In this document: in pieces, positions 57,757 to 64,000 of the stretch
Layout: every line of letters begins with the position of its first letter
Numbering within the stretch: position 1 is the first letter of the stretch
Source: Eledone cirrhosa
Taxonomy: Eukaryota
Direction: 5' to 3'
Length of the DNA: 64,000 nucleotides
NCBI GenBank assembly: GCA_964016885.1
Contig: OZ024740.1
Span: 272,304,001 to 272,368,000, forward strand
Translations under genes and position numbers: made by a program
Notes under the pieces: generated by a model
Database searches by the model: none
Seen by the model: only the letters and a program-made list of their open reading frames with translations
Told to the model about the DNA's origin: nothing

Positions 57757-57937
57757 TGGATTGGCAGTATCGGTAGAGGGTCGGACGCCATGCTTTGACA
57801 TATAGAGTTACGGCCCTTGCCATTCTGAGTTCAAATCCCGCCGAGGTTAACGTTGCCTTTCATCCTTACGGGGTCGATAAAATAAAGTACCAGTAATGCA
57901 CTGGGTAATTGCTGGCCTTGTGCCAAAAGTAGAAACA
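57757..57937 (+). mobile_element. tRNA-derived SINE with 17-bp TSD
   Basis: ATTATCTACATTTATAT at 57739-57755 and 57938-57954. Confidence 0.9.
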
Positions 57938-59419
57938 ATTATCTACATTTATATATGGCCAGATAAAAACTAGCTATGGACAGTATCCATTGAATCTTCC
58001 ACTAAAACTATTTGCACACTATCTAAACAATATTACCTTCATGCTTATACGAAGCATAGGACGACAGATATATATATTTCCGACAAAACTACACATGAAT
58101 CTTACGCTGATAACAAGTTTGGATTTATAGCAAAGAATTTGAAGAAGCAAAGAACTTGAATGCCAGCAAAGAACTTGAACCAGCAAAGAACGTGAACCAA
58201 CAAAGATAAAGCAAGATAATTATTTGAAACAGATATTTTCTATTTAGTTAGAGGAACACGATTTTGGAGACTCTATAATAGTTTTCAAAGCTCTTTAAAA
58301 CGAAATTTATCTTTTTACGTAATCCCCGACTTTGTAGCGTTAGACAAAACAACATATCTTTATGTCATAGGCAAAAAACATGCAATATATAATCATCTAA
58401 TAGTATTTTCAACATTGAAAATGCATCTGACACCAATGCATATACACCTAGAAACTAAAGAAACGCTATTTCATTTAATATAGACAATAAAGTAGAGTAT
58501 TTGCTTACTACGCACCACTTTAAGATCACGAAGCTATTTTATTTTGAAATGCAGGCTAATTAATCGTTTTATAGCCGAATTAGAGCGTTGGGCTTACAGT
58601 TGTGAGGTTGTGTGTTCTATTCCCGGGCCGAGCTGTGTTCTTGAGTAAGACACTTTATTTCACGTTGCTCCATTTCACTCAGTTGTAGAAATGAATTGTG
58701 ACGTCACTGGTGCTAAGCTGTATCTGCCATTGCCTTTCCCTTGGACAGCATCAGTGGCATGGAGAGAGGAGACTGTTTTGCATGGGCAACTGCTGATCTT
58801 CCACAACCAACTTTGCCGGAACTTGTGCTTTGGAAGGGAACTTTCTAGGTGAAAATCCAATAATTATTCGTGGCCGAATGGGGTCTTTACCCTAGCCGAA
58901 TTAGAAATAGTAAGCAAAAATATTCTAGATTCAATTTTAAAATATTCCTTCCATTATGAAACAATAATATGTCAGTAGCAGAATGGTTTAGCAGTATTAG
59001 TGCCAAACAACAATAAATTTACCCAGTTTGATATATAGATTTTTATCCTTCCATAACGAAACCGCTTCTTTTGAACACATTAGCCTTTTCCAACATCGTC
59101 GGTTCAATCAGAGAATCTGACATTGAGCATATCTATTGTTTTTGATGACACGTTATGAGTAAACAAATTGAGATAAATTGTTTGATGTCTCTTTGGAAAA
59201 ACTCGTTAGAACTGAATTAGTAACATTTGAACGTTGACCCTTTGTATAAAAATGTTCTACTTTGCGTGAAGGATTTCACAGAAGTGATAGCTGTTACTCT
59301 CACACAATATGAACGGTCAAAAATTAGATAAATGAAACAAAATATCTCAACAATTATTTTAGTGAAATAAGTTTGCATATTACTGTAAAAAATAATCTTA
59401 GTATCTTCTTGTGGCGCTA

Positions 59420-59800
59420 AACTCCTCCACAAAGTTTGATCACCAGCAGCAGAGTTTAAAGAACAAAGATCAAGTACAGTCCATTAGTTGACATTATCAA
59501 GCCATCGTTTTGGCTGCCGGCCTCTGCTTCTCTTACCAGCCAACTTTCCTTCTAGGCATAACCTACTCACACCATGAGTTGATCTTTTTATAGTTTGAGT
59601 ACTCTTGACTTGACAATTGATGTAATTGGTCTAAGTTTGGTAATGTTGAACAGCTCACTGATACAGATACGGTCGTTGAGCCGCTTGCCAGTCATAAGTC
59701 TCATAATGTGGTTCTGGAATGTAGAGAGCTTCTGAAATGACCTTGTCATCCAGTTAACACAGTCAAGACCATATAACACGATTCTTTTAGATACCATCTT
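59420..59800 (-). mobile_element. Decayed RTE-like 3' fragment
   Basis: VLYGLDC..FQNHIMRLMTG..; EGKLAGKRSRGRQPKRWLDN. Confidence 0.7.
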
Positions 59801-60322
59801 AAATTGACATACTCCTAAGCAGCTGCGAATTGACACCTGTGTTGTGAAACTGTTTTCAGACTCATTGGATTGACTACACCTGTAATTCGAAGGACTAAAC
59901 TTGTCATATAAGACAGTCCCTCTCAAAATATGACTTTAAGGGGGTAGAATTTTCTCAGTAATATTTAGCCATTTGTTTCAATATGTAAGCATTTCAGTTG
60001 ATGAATCAACTGGAACGCTTGTATTTCTAAATTGACGGGAGTCTGCAATAGAAAACATTATTTTCAGATTAAAATTCATATGAAGTGAAAATATAAGACG
60101 TATTTTCCTTCCTTTGTAAAATTGTAGAGGCCTTCATTATTCTTTTTTATTGGCGTTTAAATAGTTTATTTGTTTTATTTGATTTATCGGGAATTCTGCA
60201 GATAAATTAGAAAATGCAAAATGGAGTACAACATTAAACAAAATCAAACAAATGGTCAATTGATAATATAAACAATATAGAGAAAATAAAGATTGCAAAA
60301 GCAACAGGTTGTTTATATATGC

Positions 60323-60385
<63 letters not shown>

Positions 60386-61108
60386 ATTACTCTAAGGACC
60401 TACCTACCCTTATTGAGTGTTTTGCTAACTCATTCCTATTGTAGGTCGACTTTGCTTGGCCACAGCCAAAGCTTCGATGTTACTAAGCTTCCACTTGTAT
60501 TATTTTCTCCTAGATTTAATAATTAACTAATTAATGTAATTAGACAATTCTGTTGATTGGTTAATTATTTGTGTTTGTTTAATAACATCTGGTTGAGAGC
60601 TTTTATTCGGAATGTTTGAGCGGAAATTATAATATTTCCTTTGTTAACACTTTGAATTTACCCGCCAAAAACCGGAGTTGCTTCCCTTGTTGGAAATAAC
60701 ACGTGACAATGAAGTGTTTGAAGGCTGCCTTCTGTAGCGCTCGCATTTAGTTTGTTCACACCAGTTTGAAGCAGAACGGAATCCCTGTTGATGAAATGAA
60801 TCCTCTGTTCGATCATGGAATACCACGAGCTTGCCTGTTACGTAAGTTTGATAAATGACTTCGGATTCATAGAAACACTTTAAACGTATATCGTTTGATT
60901 TGTGCAGGTGTGTTGTTTAACCTGTTAGTTCTTTCGTTACTTTGGTATTGTGTGGTTGGGCTTTGCCTACCGCAATGTTCAATTTGTTAAGCTATTTAAA
61001 CGTATGTTATTACTCTAAGGACCCTTATGGAGTGCTTTGCTAACTCATTCCTATTGTAGGTCGACTTTGCTTGGCCACAGCAAAAGCTTCGATTTTACTA
61101 AGCTTCCA

Positions 61109-61195
<87 letters not shown>

Positions 61196-61717
61196 GTATC
61201 TCAGGTCGCTCTCGAGGCTACTGGTAACATGTAACCCATGTACAACCTGTCCCTCGGGTCGTCGGTGACTAAACTGGCAACCCACCAAGCTTGCTTGGTT
61301 TGGAGGGTGATATTGGGATACCCTGGATGAAATACAAGACCCGGCACAGGGCAGAGGAACTCAGAAGAGTCAACTGCCATCCAAATTGTACTTTTATTTA
61401 TTTATTTTTTCACCTGGCAGTGAAAGGCCCCAGTTGTTGTCACAACACCTTTCTAAGAGAGGGAAACTCTGAAAAAAAAAAACCTGCCGGTTCGAAAGCA
61501 TCCAATGATGTTGACCAGTTCTCCTTTTCGGGTAGTGTTTTCGAAACTCAGAGAGTCGGATTGGTCGATTCCCCACTTAAAAAGCCACCAAAGCACAAGC
61601 ATCGCTTGATCGCTTGTTCAGGATCGTGTGGCTGGCCGTAGCCTAAAAGTGCACCACTTTCTGTAATCTGACAACTGACAAGCGATTGCTGTACTCTTAG
61701 CAGAGTATGCGGACATC

Positions 61718-61766
<49 letters not shown>

Positions 61767-61797
61767 AGTGTGTGTCTGTATATATGTATATATATAT

Positions 61798-61843
<46 letters not shown>

Positions 61844-62202
61844 ACACACACACACACACGCACCCCCACACATATATATAAGTCTGTATTTATGTATGTA
61901 TGCATGTGAGTATACATACATGTATATACGTATGTATCCATGAATATTGACAATGGAGCATGGACGAGCAATGTAAATTGGATAACAAGAACATTTTTTA
62001 ATGTTATTTTTTAAATTGTATTGTATATCTTGTGTCAACTATACAATCAATGGAAAACACATGCAGTAGTAACACGACTAAACCCGACTACTCCTTAGGG
62101 ACTGAACGGACTGCTGTTTATTCGGTTAATTTATATCCGTTTCCGGCATGGATTTCATTCTCCTTTTATTGGCCATTTTGATCTTGACACTAGTTTTTGT
62201 TT

Positions 62203-62349
<147 letters not shown>

Positions 62350-62448
62350 CCTGTATATATGTATATATATATATTCATATATATATATGTATATATATAT
62401 GTATACATAGACGTATATATGATATATATATATATACATATGTATGTA

Positions 62449-62539
<91 letters not shown>

Positions 62540-62593
62540 CATATATACGTCTATGTATAATATATATATATATCATATATACGTCTATGTATA

Positions 62594-62624
<31 letters not shown>

Positions 62625-62668
62625 ATATATACGTCTATGTATACATATATATATATGTATACATAGAC

Positions 62669-62707
<39 letters not shown>

Positions 62708-62722
62708 GACGTATATATATAT

Positions 62723-62834
<112 letters not shown>

Positions 62835-62841
62835 ATATATG

Positions 62842-63504
62842 TAAGTATGTATGTATGTATACGTACATACATATATGTATACAGACGTACAGTAGTATGT
62901 ATATATATATACATACATGCACACATATATATATGCACGTATCGGTTTACCGTACATTTATTATAATGCTCGGTTTGTTTGTTAGTAAACAAACAAACAC
63001 CCCCAATTACGCCGTACAGTGTTTAGGCAACCACGTCACCTTTTTGTTCAACACTGACACAGGAACGCTGTACTAGTTTCAAGCTTATTAGCTATCGTCA
63101 GCACCGTATACCTTCCTGCCAGATGGTTGAACGTCTGAAAGTATATACTTTCCTTATGCATATTAACGGCTGAGCAGCCTAATTTGCATATCGAGTGAAT
63201 TCAGTCGGCCGGGCACACCGAAAACGATAAATGGGATAGAATGAAACGAAATTTCAATTCTCACTCTTAGTACGGCACTTACTTACATGTAAGTATGTAT
63301 GTATGTATACAAACAAACCGAGCATTATAATAAATGTTCGGTAAACCGATACGTGCATGTATATATGTGTGCATCTATGTATATATATACATACTACTGT
63401 ACGTCTGTATACATATATGTATGTACGTACACATACATACTTACTTACATTTAAGTAAGTGCCGTACTAAGAGTGAGAAATGAAATTTCGTTTCATACTA
63501 TTCC

Positions 63505-63507
<3 letters not shown>
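62842..63507. mobile_element. Family A copy (1.1 units plus inverted tail); HHR at 63065-63107 (-)
   Basis: acggug CUGACGA uagcuaauaagcuu GAAAC UA GUA cagcgu; orientation switch ~63308. Confidence 0.88.
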
Positions 63508-63568
<61 letters not shown>

Positions 63569-63642
63569 TATATATATTTATATATATGTACTTTTATATA
63601 TATATATATAGTTATGTAATAAACAACATAAGGCAATTATTC

Positions 63643-63696
63643 CATTTACCAGTGGTTTCTTAAAAGCAAAAAATTTTGCTTTCAATCATCAGAATG
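63643..63696 (-). ncRNA. Type I hammerhead (family F, intact core)
   Basis: cauu CUGAUGA u ugaaagcaaaa..uuuugcuuuua a GAAAC CACUG GUA aaug. Confidence 0.85.
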
Positions 63697-63930
63697 AAAA
63701 AATCCTGGTGTATTTATTGACATTGGATTCTAAAAACAAAAATGCATTCTATATGAAAGTGAGGCTGGAGAAGGAAGAAGGAAAGGAAAAATAAAATAAA
63801 AACACACATGCAAACACACACACACTCTCACACATAAATATACATATACAAATACATAAACACATACATACGCATACACAAATACATACACACACACACA
63901 CATATACATATATACACACACATATACATG

Positions 63931-63996
<66 letters not shown>

Positions 63997-64000
63997 CATA

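Overview
Eukaryotic, AT-rich, microsatellite-saturated DNA. The SINE families and repeat style suggest an octopus/coleoid cephalopod (inference). I found no host protein-coding gene or intact tRNA/rRNA; most listed ORFs are microsatellite translations. Real coding content is transposon-derived: a 5'-truncated RTE LINE with three C-terminal C2H2 fingers, Penelope-like (PLE) GIY-YIG ORF remnants, a decayed R4/Dong-type RLE retrotransposon, a near-complete hAT(m)-like DNA transposon, RTE fragments, MITEs and many tRNA-derived SINEs. The main signal is non-coding. Read by eye, about 20 Type I hammerhead ribozyme (HHR) motifs from at least 8 sequence families occur here, mostly in fold-back inserts embedded in (TA)n. 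The standout is a non-coding 422-bp HHR-bearing unit (retrozyme-like) forming a head-to-head tandem array at 24568-27225, with six further dispersed loci. Folding was done by hand and ribozyme activity is untested.
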